From positions 8,605 through 72,604 of the forward strand of contig CAZBFO010000001.1 in assembly GCA_964491475.1 (NCBI GenBank): a stretch of 64,000 bases of DNA. The letters are read 5' to 3'. Source of the DNA: an uncultured Gammaproteobacteria bacterium. GTDB lineage: Bacteria; Patescibacteriota; Patescibacteriia; SG8-24. Under the pieces are notes generated by a model. It ran no database searches and was not told the DNA's origin. It saw only the letters and a program-made list of their open reading frames with translations. Positions 39,120 to 47,874 of this stretch are shown here, piece after piece (position 1 is the stretch's first letter; the number at the start of each line of letters is the position of its first letter). Both the position numbers and the translations under genes were made by a program.

Positions 39120-40946
39120 ATGTCGACCAGCTCGTACGGCGCAAAAGAAGAGATCAAGCTGAAGACCGACATCGTCGCGCTGATTTCGGAGTACGTCAAA
39201 GTGAAGAAGGCCGGCGCCAGTTTCATGGCGGTCTGCCCGTTCCATTCCGAAAAGACGCCCTCGATGCACGTCTCGCCCGACAAAGGCATGTGGTACTGCC
39301 ACGGCTGCGGCGAGGGCGGCGACGCCTTCGGTTTCGTGATGCGCATGGAAGGGTTGGACTTCATGGACGCCATGCGCTTCCTGGCCAAGAAAGCCGGCGT
39401 GCAGCTTTCGGAACAGGAGACGCGGGAACAAAGCGATCGCAGCACGCTCGCCAAGATCAACGGCGCGGCCGCCAAGTTCTACCATGAAGTGCTCAAGAAG
39501 TCGCCCCAGGCCGAAGTCGCCCGCGCGTATGCCAAGAAGCGCCAACTCTCCGACGATACGGTCGAAGAATGGTCCATCGGTTTTTCGCTGGACGCCTGGG
39601 AGGGCCTGCTGGGTTTCCTTCGCCAGAAAGGCGTCACCGACGACCAGGCCTACCGCGCCGGCCTGGTCTCCAAGAGCACCCAGGGCCGAGGATACTTCGA
39701 CCGCTTCCGCGGCCGCCTGATGTTCCCCATCGTCGACCATAACGGCAACGTGGTCGGCTTTACCGCGCGCATCATGCCCGGACCGGACGGCAAGGATCCC
39801 AAGGAAGAAGCCAAGTACGTGAACACCTCGCAGACCCTCATCTACAATAAGAGCAACGTCCTGTTCGGCCTGCACTTGGGCAAGCAGGAGATCAAGAAGA
39901 AGAACCAGGCCGTGGTGGTCGAGGGCAACATGGACGTTATCGCTTCGCATCAGGCCGGGGTCAAGAACGTGGTCGGCAGCTCGGGCACGTCATTTACGGG
40001 TGAGCAGCTTGCGCTGCTCAAGCGCTTCACCGACAGGCTGGTGCTGTCGTTCGACAACGACCCGGCGGGGGAGACCGCCGCTCGGCGCAGCATCGACTCC
40101 GCGGTCGCGGCCGGCTTCACCGTGCGCGTCCTGCGCCTGCCGGATGGAATAAAAGACCCGGACGACTGTATCAAGAAGGGCGTGGAGGTCTGGACCAAGG
40201 CCATCGGCGACGCCGTGCCCTATATGGAGTGGTACATCGACCTGGCCAAAGCCCGCACCGACTTCCATAATCCCGAATCGGTCCGCGCGGCCTCGGATTC
40301 GCTGCTCAAGGAAATAGCCAAGTTGGCGTCGCCCGTTGAGCAGGCCTATTGGATTCGCACCCTGTCGCAGCTGTTCGAAACGCCCGAATCGACCCTTTTT
40401 GAGGCTGTGCAACGGATGGCCCGCGGCGTTTCGCGGCCCAGCGGCGACCTTCGTGCGCCCGAAGCCGCCCGTAGGCCCGCCCTGCCGCAGAAACCGCGCC
40501 TTTCGCGCGAGGGGATCGTCTCCCAGAACGTCATCGGGCTGGGGCTTTCGTGGGCAGACCTGGGCGCGGCCGTGGTCGCGGCCATCGTCCCCGAAGCCGT
40601 CGACGAGGAGTTTCGCCCGCTTTACACGGAATTCGTTCTCTTTTATACTGCTAACCGTAACGGCGGCACCTCCGCCTCGGCATTCAGGCAGTCTCTCGAC
40701 CACCAAGGTTCCCGCGAACTCGCGGACCGGGCAGCCGCGCTCGAACTTCTTGCAGAGCAGGAGTTCGGCAGCATGACCCACGAAGAGCGACGAGACGCCT
40801 TAGCGAGGCTTATCGGAGAACTCAAACAACTCCACAGGGCACGCCGACAAAAAGAGCTCACGCAAGCCATGGCACAGGCGGAGAAATCCGGCGACATGGC
40901 GACAATTGAAGCCGTCCAGAAACAACTTAGTGAACTCATCGTCTAG
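39120..40946 (+). CDS. dnaG: DNA primase
   Basis: CHC2 Zn finger CPFHSEKTPSMHVSPDKGMWYCHGCGEGGD. TOPRIM EGNMDVIA...DNDPAG. The ATG at 39120 is preferred; the ORF-track start at 38457 overlaps the upstream gene in-frame by accident. Confidence 0.9.
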   Translation: MSTSSYGAKEEIKLKTDIVALISEYVKVKKAGASFMAVCPFHSEKTPSMHVSPDKGMWYCHGCGEGGDAFGFVMRMEGLDFMDAMRFLAKKAGVQLSEQETREQSDRSTLAKINGAAAKFYHEVLKKSPQAEVARAYAKKRQLSDDTVEEWSIGFSLDAWEGLLGFLRQKGVTDDQAYRAGLVSKSTQGRGYFDRFRGRLMFPIVDHNGNVVGFTARIMPGPDGKDPKEEAKYVNTSQTLIYNKSNVLFGLHLGKQEIKKKNQAVVVEGNMDVIASHQAGVKNVVGSSGTSFTGEQLALLKRFTDRLVLSFDNDPAGETAARRSIDSAVAAGFTVRVLRLPDGIKDPDDCIKKGVEVWTKAIGDAVPYMEWYIDLAKARTDFHNPESVRAASDSLLKEIAKLASPVEQAYWIRTLSQLFETPESTLFEAVQRMARGVSRPSGDLRAPEAARRPALPQKPRLSREGIVSQNVIGLGLSWADLGAAVVAAIVPEAVDEEFRPLYTEFVLFYTANRNGGTSASAFRQSLDHQGSRELADRAAALELLAEQEFGSMTHEERRDALARLIGELKQLHRARRQKELTQAMAQAEKSGDMATIEAVQKQLSELIV

Positions 40947-40960
40947 CTTTTTGAGTTGTT

Positions 40961-42217
40961 ATGCCAAAGAAGCCCGCCAAGAAACCCGCAACCAAAAAGC
41001 CGGCCAAGAAGTCCGCCGCCAAGAAGCCGGCTGCTTCGAAGAAGGCTCCTGCCAAGAAGTCCGCCGCCAAGAAGGTCGCTCCCAAAAAGTCTTCGGCCAA
41101 GGAGTCGCGCCCCGCGCGCATCAAAGCCATCGCGCCCGAGCAGTCCGAGATCGACTTGCTGCTCAAAAAGACCCGCATGCGCGGCTTCGTCACCGAAGCC
41201 GAGGTGCTTTCGGTTTTCCGCGACCTCGAGGAGTACGTCCCGCTGTTCGAGGAGTTCCTGGCCGCGCTCGACCACATGGGCGTGCAGATCATCGAAATGA
41301 AGGAGGGCATTCTGGGCCGCGCCGAAGAGCGTGAGCAGATGCTCAACTCCGTCCGCGCCACCAAGGAAAAGAAGCGCTTTGATTTGACGGACATCTCTGC
41401 GGATTCCATCCAGATGTACCTGCGCGAAATCGGCAAGATTCCGCTGCTTACCGGCGAAGAAGAAGTCGCCCTGGCCAAGCGCAAGGAGCGCAACGACCGC
41501 GAGGCCGAACGCCGCCTGATCGAAGCCAACCTCCGCTTGGTCGTCTCCATCGCCAAGAAGTTCGTCGGCAAGTCGCTGTCGCTCCTGGACCTGATTCAGG
41601 AGGGCAACATCGGCCTGTTCCGAGCGGTCAAGAAGTTCGAATACCGCAAGGGCTACAAGTTCTCCACCTACGCCACTTGGTGGATCCGCCAGGCCATCAC
41701 CCGCGCCTTGGCCGACCAGTCCCGCACCATCCGCATTCCGGTGCACATGGTCGAGACTATCAACCGCTTCCAGCAAGTGGAGCGCCAGCTGATCCAGGAC
41801 CTCGGCCGCGAACCGCTGCCAGAAGAGATCGCTTCTGAAATGGGCGAGGACATCGACAAGGTCCGCCACATCATCCAGATTTCGCAGGACACCGTCTCGC
41901 TCGAGACCTCGGTGGGCGAGGACGACGAAGACAGTACGCTGGTGGACTTCGTGGAGGACGTCAAGAACGTCGCGCCGGACCGCGCCGCCGCCTTGCAGCT
42001 GCTCCGCGACTACGTCCGCGACGTCATCAAGGACCTCTCGCCGCGCGAACAGAAGATCCTCGAGATGCGCTTCGGCCTGACGGACGGCGTCGGCCACACG
42101 CTCGAGGAAGTCGGCCAGGAGTTCGACGTCACCCGCGAGCGCATCCGCCAAATCGAGGCCAAGGCCCTCGAAAAGATCCAAAACCACCAGGGCATCCTGC
42201 GCCTGCGCGACTACTAG
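40961..42217 (+). CDS. rpoD: RNA polymerase sigma-70 (RpoD) with H1-like K/A-rich N-terminal tail
   Basis: Regions 1.2-4 are present, including the rpoD box [13 protein letters not shown], region 2.4 and the region 4.2 HTH. The N-terminal roughly 50 aa are [21 protein letters not shown] repeats. Confidence 0.92.
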   Translation: MPKKPAKKPATKKPAKKSAAKKPAASKKAPAKKSAAKKVAPKKSSAKESRPARIKAIAPEQSEIDLLLKKTRMRGFVTEAEVLSVFRDLEEYVPLFEEFLAALDHMGVQIIEMKEGILGRAEEREQMLNSVRATKEKKRFDLTDISADSIQMYLREIGKIPLLTGEEEVALAKRKERNDREAERRLIEANLRLVVSIAKKFVGKSLSLLDLIQEGNIGLFRAVKKFEYRKGYKFSTYATWWIRQAITRALADQSRTIRIPVHMVETINRFQQVERQLIQDLGREPLPEEIASEMGEDIDKVRHIIQISQDTVSLETSVGEDDEDSTLVDFVEDVKNVAPDRAAALQLLRDYVRDVIKDLSPREQKILEMRFGLTDGVGHTLEEVGQEFDVTRERIRQIEAKALEKIQNHQGILRLRDY

Positions 42218-42227
42218 CCAAAAGAAC

Positions 42228-42262
42228 AGGGGACCGCTAAGGTGAAACCTAGCGGTCTTTTG
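42228..42262 (+). terminator. Rho-independent terminator after rpoD
   Basis: GACCGCTAAGGTGAAACCTAGCGGTC + TTTTGCATT. Confidence 0.5.
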
Positions 42263-42285
42263 CATTCAGCGATTCGGAGTCTCCC

Positions 42286-42840
42286 GTGGAATTCAACAGC
42301 CAAGGCTCGCCCTTCCGGCAGTACGTGCGCAGCATGTTTGCCGCATTCGGTTCCGCGTGGCTGTGGGTTTCCGCAGTCACCCTTCTGCTCACGCTGATGT
42401 TCAGCGGCGGCACCATCGGCCTGCCCGAAATGACGGTCACGCACCGGCTCATCTCGGCCGTGCCGGCGCTGCACGGCATGCTGGCCGCGCGTCCGACGGT
42501 TTCGTTGTTCGCCACGCTGGTGTTCGCCCCGCTGTTCGAGGAAGCGCTGTTCCGGATGCTGCCGCTGTCGCTGGCCCTGGTACTGGGTGGCCTGCTGCAC
42601 GACCGGTTCGCGCACCACTCGCGCAACCTCATCCGTTCGGTGCTGATCGTGGTCTGCTGCCTGATCTTCGGCATCATGCATGGCAGCGTCCTGAACGTCT
42701 TCATCCAAGGCATGGTCGGCCTGGTGCTGGGTCGGCTCTACCTGCGCCACTCCGAGCACCAGGGCCGCGCCTACCTGGCGTGCGTCCTGGTCCACGCGAT
42801 GTACAATTTTGCGGTGCTCTGCGCGGCCAACATCGGTTAG
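42286..42840 (+). CDS. CPBP-family (CAAX) intramembrane metalloprotease
   Basis: EEALFRMLPL, FGIMHG and HAMYNF motifs. Multi-TM. Confidence 0.75.
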   Translation: MEFNSQGSPFRQYVRSMFAAFGSAWLWVSAVTLLLTLMFSGGTIGLPEMTVTHRLISAVPALHGMLAARPTVSLFATLVFAPLFEEALFRMLPLSLALVLGGLLHDRFAHHSRNLIRSVLIVVCCLIFGIMHGSVLNVFIQGMVGLVLGRLYLRHSEHQGRAYLACVLVHAMYNFAVLCAANIG

Positions 42841-42964
42841 TCTTCTTTGCCTCCCGTCACGGGAGGCTTTTTCGTACGTGCGAGCCGGCCCGACACCCTT
42901 GCCACGGGCGTCGTTTTGCGCTATCCTGTCCGGACTCTCATCTGTGAGAGCCAAGGAGGACATC

Positions 42965-44581
42965 ATGAGCGTGCACATTCATCGTTTCCCGTGGGGTTTC
43001 GGCGAAGACGCGCAGGTATGGATCGTGCAGTTCGGTTCCAAATCGACGCCGCTCATCGCGCAGTTGTGCCGCGAAGTGACGCTGCGCAGCCGCATCGTTT
43101 CGTGGCAGGCGTTTCCGGAAGCGTGGCGTACCAAGTCAGCGACGCCGCGGCTGGTCATCCTGTCCGGCGGCGACCAAAGCGTCACCGATGCGGATGCGCC
43201 CAGTCTGCCGAAAGAGCTGTACCTTCAACTCGTGCGGGAGACGGTAGTGCTCGGCATCTGCTACGGCGCGCAGCTGTTGGCTCATTTTGGCGGCGGCGCG
43301 GTCCGCCGGGCAGAAAAGCCCGAGTTCGGCACCGTGAACGTCACGAGCAAGCCGTTCGGCAACTATTCCGGAGGTCAGGCGGTGATGAATCACCGCGATG
43401 AAATCGTGACGCTCCCCAAGTTCTGGGAGAGAATCGCCTCGACCGAGCGTTGCGCCAACGCCCTTTGCGGAGACCGCAACGTCTGGGCCGTGCAGTTCCA
43501 TCCCGAGATGGACCACACCGAGAACGGAGAGGCGATCCTGAATCACCTCGCTTTCGACATCGCACGGTGCCAGTCCGACTACGACTTCGACCCGAACGAG
43601 TACGTCGCGCGGTGCGGACAGTGGCTGACCGAAGTGGCGCCGCGGGGCGACGTGCTCTGCGGCCTGTCCGGCGGCGTCGATTCCGCAGTGGCCATGACGA
43701 TCGCGCGGCAGCCGCTGCGACGGCGGCTGCGCGGCATCTTCATCGATACCGGCTGGATGCGCGAAGGGGAGCTGGAAGAGGTCCGCTCCGTCTTCGGAGA
43801 CAAAGGCGTGGCCTACGAGCGCGCGGGCGAGGCATTCTACGATGCCGTCGAAGCCGTACCGTACCCGGAGGGCGGTACCGCCTCCGAAAACGAGTACCGC
43901 TACTACGACGCGGTGCGCAAGACCATCGGCCAGAAGTTCATCGACCAGTTCCTTGCCACCGCAAAACGGCTGTCACTGCGGCCGTCGGCGCTGATCCAGG
44001 GCACCAACGCCGCCGACATCGTCGAATCGGAGACCGGACTGAAGGCTCACCACAACGTCGGCGGGCTGCCGGCACGACTGGGCGTGGACATCGTCGAGCC
44101 GCTGGCCGGACTGTTCAAGTTCGAAATCCGCAAACTGGCGCGTGCGCTCGGCTTGCCCGAGAGCATCGCCGCGCGCCAGCCTTTTCCCGGCCCCGGTTTG
44201 GCCGTGCGTTCCTGGGGCAAGCTGACGCGCCAAGACGCGCCGCCTCTGGCTCGCGCCAACCGCATTCTGGAAGAGGTGATATGCCGGCATTGTCACCCGG
44301 CTCTTCGTCCAAGCCAGTACTATGTGGCCCTCGCCAAGTTTCCGAGCACCGGCATCATGGGCGACGCGCGGGTCATCGGCTATTCTTGGGTCGTCCGCAT
44401 GGTCACCTCGCGGCAACGTGAAAGCTACAGCACGCTCGGCGTCTTTCGTCCCAGCCCGGAGTGCCTCGACGAGCTGGCGCATCGGCTGACGACGGAAGTC
44501 ACCATGCCCGACGGCACCCCGTTCGTTCGCGTCTTCTACGAGATCACCGGCAAGCCTCCGTCGACGACGGAGCCGCACTAA
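42965..44581 (+). CDS. guaA: GMP synthase (glutamine-hydrolysing)
   Basis: ATG after AAGGAGG. GATase (GICYGAQLL, VQFHPE). PP-loop SGGVDSAVA. HHNVGGLP. C-terminus ...FYEITGKPPSTTEPH is like the GuaA dimerisation domain. Confidence 0.88.
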   Translation: MSVHIHRFPWGFGEDAQVWIVQFGSKSTPLIAQLCREVTLRSRIVSWQAFPEAWRTKSATPRLVILSGGDQSVTDADAPSLPKELYLQLVRETVVLGICYGAQLLAHFGGGAVRRAEKPEFGTVNVTSKPFGNYSGGQAVMNHRDEIVTLPKFWERIASTERCANALCGDRNVWAVQFHPEMDHTENGEAILNHLAFDIARCQSDYDFDPNEYVARCGQWLTEVAPRGDVLCGLSGGVDSAVAMTIARQPLRRRLRGIFIDTGWMREGELEEVRSVFGDKGVAYERAGEAFYDAVEAVPYPEGGTASENEYRYYDAVRKTIGQKFIDQFLATAKRLSLRPSALIQGTNAADIVESETGLKAHHNVGGLPARLGVDIVEPLAGLFKFEIRKLARALGLPESIAARQPFPGPGLAVRSWGKLTRQDAPPLARANRILEEVICRHCHPALRPSQYYVALAKFPSTGIMGDARVIGYSWVVRMVTSRQRESYSTLGVFRPSPECLDELAHRLTTEVTMPDGTPFVRVFYEITGKPPSTTEPH

Positions 44582-44582
44582 A

Positions 44583-44622
44583 AGGCGCTAGCCCCCCGAC
44601 GTACGTCGGGGGGCCTTTTTTG
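44583..44622 (+). terminator. Rho-independent terminator after guaA
   Basis: GCCCCCCGACGTACGTCGGGGGGC + TTTTTT. Confidence 0.6.
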
Positions 44623-44640
44623 TGGCCCGCTGTCTTAATC

Positions 44641-44668
44641 TTGCATATTTTTAGAAGATTGCTACACT
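44641..44668 (+). promoter_or_regulatory. Sigma70-like promoter (TTGCAT-16nt-TGCTACACT) for the intron-containing tRNA
   Basis: -35 TTGCAT at 44641-44646. Extended -10 TGCTACACT at 44660-44668. About 24 nt upstream of the mature tRNA 5' end. Confidence 0.45.
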
Positions 44669-44698
44669 GTGGACACCTCAAATCAGAGAGGCCCATAT

Positions 44699-45037
44699 TC
44701 CGAGGTAGCTCAGTTGGTAGAGCAGAGGACTGTCAAACTGACATGGCCTGCAAAGGTCAAAGCGGACCCGTCGCGCGAGCGGCGGTCAGGCAGCGCCCCG
44801 CGGTAACGCGAGGATGTAAAACTGGGTGAATTCGGCGAACGTTGTCCAACCAACGCCGAGCCAAGCCTCGCCACAAGCGAGGAAGGTGTAGAGACTATCC
44901 CGCAAGGGAGTAGGGGTCCGAGCAATCGGACTTCGAAGCGCCCGGCCCCGCCGGCAACAGCCGGAGGGTGATGACATAGTCCAGTAGTCAGAACTGTAAT
45001 CCTTTGGTCCTGGGTTCGAGTCCCAGCCTCGGAGCCA
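44699..45037 (+). tRNA. tRNA interrupted by a group I intron in the anticodon loop (mature 76 nt; Asn(GUU) favoured, Asp(GUC) possible)
   Basis: 5' half TCCGAGG-TA-GCTC-AGTTGGTA-GAGC-A-GAGGA-CTGT.. and 3' half ..TAA-TCCTT-TGGTC-CTGGG-TTCGAGT-CCCAG-CCTCGGA-G-CCA. The acceptor, D, anticodon and T stems pair perfectly across a roughly 263-nt insert. Confidence 0.8.
44734..44996 (+). ncRNA. Group I self-splicing intron (approximate boundaries)
   Basis: The intron core contains an R-like GUAGAGACUA (44888-44897) and an S-like GACAUAGUCC (44973-44982) able to form P7. Under the boundary choice used here, the intron ends in G (omegaG 44996) and the 5' exon ends in U. The terminal CUGAC...GUCAG can pair. 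The exact junction is ambiguous by up to 3 nt. Confidence 0.65.
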
Positions 45038-45043
45038 TGAAAG

Positions 45044-45082
45044 ACGCGCGTCATTTTGACGGGCGTTTTTCATTTGTGTCGC
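45044..45082 (+). terminator. Terminator after tRNA
   Basis: GACGCGCGTC/CGCGTCATTTTGACGGGCG hairpin region followed by TTTTTCATTT. Confidence 0.4.
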
Positions 45083-45240
45083 GCCAACCTTTTCAGGTTC
45101 GAACGGGACGCTCTCCGCACCGACTGAAGACGTTTTAATCGCGCTAAGGGAGGCACGTAAATTACTGTTATCGCCGCGTGCGCCTGTGAAGATTCATTTC
45201 GCCGGATAGACAAATTGACTAATTCTCCTAAGATGACAGC

Positions 45241-45813
45241 ATGGAACCCCTGAAAACAGGTCCCGATACAAAAATAATTGCCTTCATGCTTGCAATCGGC
45301 AACGCACGTCAATCGTATATTTTGGCGCGCCTTGGTTTATTGGAGGCCTTATTTGTGCCCTCATGTTTGTTGGCGCAGCAGAGTTTAGAATACTGCATCA
45401 AGGCCACTGCCAGAATATATTGGCATGAGATTGAAAGCAGGACTGGGAAAAAGATTGATAGGTTTTTGGAAGGTCATCACCTGGTCTCCTTGATGAGGCG
45501 AGCAGCGCCTTATGTGCCCCAGTACAATGCGATTCTTAATGACCACACTAAAAAAGAATTTTTGAAAGAACTGTCCGAAGTCTATAGATCTTCTCGTTTT
45601 GGAGAGACCGGTCTTAGCATCGATGGTCAGAAGAGCATAGGACTCCTTGACGATCTGTTCGCGACCTTGTTTCAAATTTATCGAGACTGCCTGAAGTTTC
45701 CGAAATACAAGCTCTTTGTCCCAAAAAATCTGCAAACTGCATTTTTATTTGGAAATGCAAATTTTAAAACCGAGGATATATCACACAATATTCTTGAAAC
45801 ACTCGGCTCATAG
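45241..45813 (+). CDS. Hypothetical protein encoded in low-GC islet
   Basis: 190-aa ORF in AT-rich DNA (the rest of the window is about 65% GC). No recognisable motif. Confidence 0.45.
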   Translation: MEPLKTGPDTKIIAFMLAIGNARQSYILARLGLLEALFVPSCLLAQQSLEYCIKATARIYWHEIESRTGKKIDRFLEGHHLVSLMRRAAPYVPQYNAILNDHTKKEFLKELSEVYRSSRFGETGLSIDGQKSIGLLDDLFATLFQIYRDCLKFPKYKLFVPKNLQTAFLFGNANFKTEDISHNILETLGS

Positions 45814-45965
45814 ACAGCCGAGCGCTGCCTTTGGTTTCCTTGGAAACACAACAAAAACCGCAAGAACAAAAGCTCGCGGCTACACTCTACGAATATTATA
45901 TTCTTGAAATCGAAACGACAGGCTCTTTGTCACCCGCTAGGCTTACACTTGAGCCTGTGGTCAAG

Positions 45966-46163
45966 ATGTGGTACACTGTTATCGATTATATAAGGCCATA
46001 TCTTATGCTCAAGCAGCTTAAAAAGAAGCCAATTAGCCATAAGCTCTTAATCACAGCTATTTCGCGATCTTCAAAGATTGAGGGTCTGAGTTTGAGTCGG
46101 GCGCTAAAGAATACTTCAGTTATTAAGAAACTTAGAGTGCATGGGCGAGCCTTCTCGTTATAA
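45966..46163 (+). CDS. Putative FicA/VbhA-like antitoxin (small protein with S-x-x-x-E-G inhibitory motif)
   Basis: The ORF is open from 45831. The internal start at 45966 gives about 65 aa. Contains SSKIEG, matching the [S/T]xxxE[G/N] Fic-inhibitory motif. Overlaps the Fic gene start by 23 nt. Confidence 0.4.
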   Translation: MWYTVIDYIRPYLMLKQLKKKPISHKLLITAISRSSKIEGLSLSRALKNTSVIKKLRVHGRAFSL

Positions 46164-46731
46164 GGTAAGTGACGATGATGCCGGCGTTGAAGGTGGAATT
46201 CTGATAAACAAATTGGGAATTAAGAATCAGAGAGACTTGGACGATGCCGAGACGTTGCTTGTTGCAGATTCGTATAAACATTTTTTTGAAGAGCTGGCGC
46301 AGGGAAAGATTACCTTTGATCTCTCCTTGCTTTTTGTAATCCATGCGTATTGCTTTGAGACACTGTATGCATGGGCTGGCAAAGTCCGGACCATTGACTT
46401 GTCCAAGGACGGGGTACTGTTTGCGAGTGCGCAATTTCTACCGGCAACCATAGGGGAGCTAAGAAACATTGTGACAGACAATTTCCCCCGAGGTTCTGAT
46501 TCTAAACGAACGATCGCCGAGAAACTCGCGCTGATCCACAATGAAATCAACATCGTACACCCCTTCAGAGAGGGGAACGGTCGAACCCTGCGTTTATTTA
46601 TTGATTTAATTGTAAACAGCCTAGATTTGCCCGCCGTGAACTGGGATGTTCCGAATTACCTCGACGAATGCAAGAAGGGCATAACGGGCGATAATTCGGG
46701 TATTGAGAAAATTATTCACGACAGCATCTGA
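46141..46731 (+). CDS. Fic/Doc-family protein (FicT-like AMPylation toxin)
   Basis: Canonical Fic active-site motif HPFREGNGRTLR, i.e. HPFx[DE]GNGRxxR. About 196 aa. There is no internal inhibitory helix motif. Confidence 0.85.
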   Translation: MGEPSRYKVSDDDAGVEGGILINKLGIKNQRDLDDAETLLVADSYKHFFEELAQGKITFDLSLLFVIHAYCFETLYAWAGKVRTIDLSKDGVLFASAQFLPATIGELRNIVTDNFPRGSDSKRTIAEKLALIHNEINIVHPFREGNGRTLRLFIDLIVNSLDLPAVNWDVPNYLDECKKGITGDNSGIEKIIHDSI

Positions 46732-46806
46732 GGATAAGGTCGTCGTCATTAAGTCATTGTGGGCAAAGAGGTCGAATAAAAAGCCCCGCTGCTATCATCC
46801 ACGCAT

Positions 46807-47256
46807 ATGCTTACCATCATCCTCCTTTCGCTCGGCGGCGCGGTCATCGCGGCAATTGTCGGCACGTTCTGGTATTCGAACGCCACTCCTATGGGGCGGC
46901 TGCACATGCGCTATCTCGGATTCGACAAGCTCACGGAGGCAGAGAAGAAGGCCAAGATGCAAGAGGGCAAGGCGATGATGGGCAAGATGTACGCCTCGCA
47001 GCTCGCGCTTTCCTTCCTCACCGCTTTCGCCACGGTCTTCATCGTGACCATGAGCATGCGCAACGGCCTGTCTTTCGGCGCTGCGCTCGGGTTCGTGGTA
47101 CTGAACTGGCTGTGCTTCGTCGTGCCGACTATCGGCCAGTCGATCCTTTGGGGCAACTGCGATCCGAAGATCGCCAAGATGAAGTTCGTTTCGGACAGCC
47201 TGTCGAACCTGGTGACGCTGCTTCTGGTCGCCGCGCTCGCCAGCGCGTTCGTCTAG
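46807..47256 (+). CDS. Small multi-TM membrane protein (DUF1761-like)
   Basis: Four hydrophobic helices. GC content returns to the genomic level. Followed by a hairpin+T-run terminator at about 47286-47325. Confidence 0.5.
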   Translation: MLTIILLSLGGAVIAAIVGTFWYSNATPMGRLHMRYLGFDKLTEAEKKAKMQEGKAMMGKMYASQLALSFLTAFATVFIVTMSMRNGLSFGAALGFVVLNWLCFVVPTIGQSILWGNCDPKIAKMKFVSDSLSNLVTLLLVAALASAFV

Positions 47257-47439
47257 GCCTTGGACTTGCCCGCTTGTCCGGAAAAGAGCAGGCCAGCAAA
47301 TTGGCCGGCTCTTTTTGAAAGCACGCGACGACATTTTTGTCCGGTCGGTTTTTTATCGAAACTGTAGTATTCTTTGCGGGATATGGTCGGTGCGGATATG
47401 TCGCCCGTTCCGACGGCATTCTCACGACCCGTTACGCCT

Positions 47440-47862
47440 ATGGCCGAACTAAGAATCCAACCCACCAAGAACTCCGTCGTCGCATTCCTCAAGACCGTCG
47501 AGCCTGCAGGCAAGCGCAAAGACGCGCTGACGCTCCTCGCGCTTTTCAAGAAGATCACCGGCCAGAAGCCGGTGCTGTGGGGCGCGTCCATCGTCGGTTT
47601 CGGCAGGTTCCGTTACAAGTCCGGCAGCAGCGAAGGGGAGTGGTTCCGCACCGGCTTCTCGCCGCGTAAAGGCAACTTCTCGCTGTACATCCTGGAGTGG
47701 CAGGCAAAGCCGTCGCCGCACCTCAAGAAGCTCGGCAAGTACAAGGCCGGCGGCGGCTGCCTTTACGTCAACAAGCTCGCCGACATCGATTTGAAAGTCC
47801 TGGCGCTTCTCATCAAGGAGTCGAGCAAGCGGAAGCATCGGAACGAAGTGCACGCATCTTGA
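47440..47862 (+). CDS. DUF1801/YdhG-like domain protein
   Basis: ELRIQPTKNSVVAFLKTVEPAGKRKDALTLLALFKKITGQKPVLWGASIVGFGRFRYK matches the DUF1801 pattern. The ATG at 47440 is preferred. Confidence 0.55.
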   Translation: MAELRIQPTKNSVVAFLKTVEPAGKRKDALTLLALFKKITGQKPVLWGASIVGFGRFRYKSGSSEGEWFRTGFSPRKGNFSLYILEWQAKPSPHLKKLGKYKAGGGCLYVNKLADIDLKVLALLIKESSKRKHRNEVHAS

Positions 47863-47874
47863 TCAAAAAAGCCT

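Noticed and set aside
38457-40946. 829-aa ORF as dnaG
   Set aside because: The N-terminal 221 codons overlap the upstream gene in another frame. The primase Zn-finger begins right after the ATG at 39120. Similar artefactual extensions were trimmed for 820, 7777, 14960, 18982, 21997, 22814, 26556, 26807, 31098, 35792, 37933, 42809, 52016 and 59614.
44699-45037. Calling the split tRNA simply tRNA-Asp(GTC)
   Set aside because: A straight read-through gives GTC. But group I splice rules (U at the 5' exon end, omegaG) and the U1:A72/Asn-like body favour GUU. Left as ambiguous rather than asserted.
45038-46806. Integrase/att repeats bounding the low-GC islet
   Set aside because: No integrase ORF and no convincing direct repeat of the tRNA 3' end were found by eye. 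Only a weak GGTTCGAAC fragment at about 45100.
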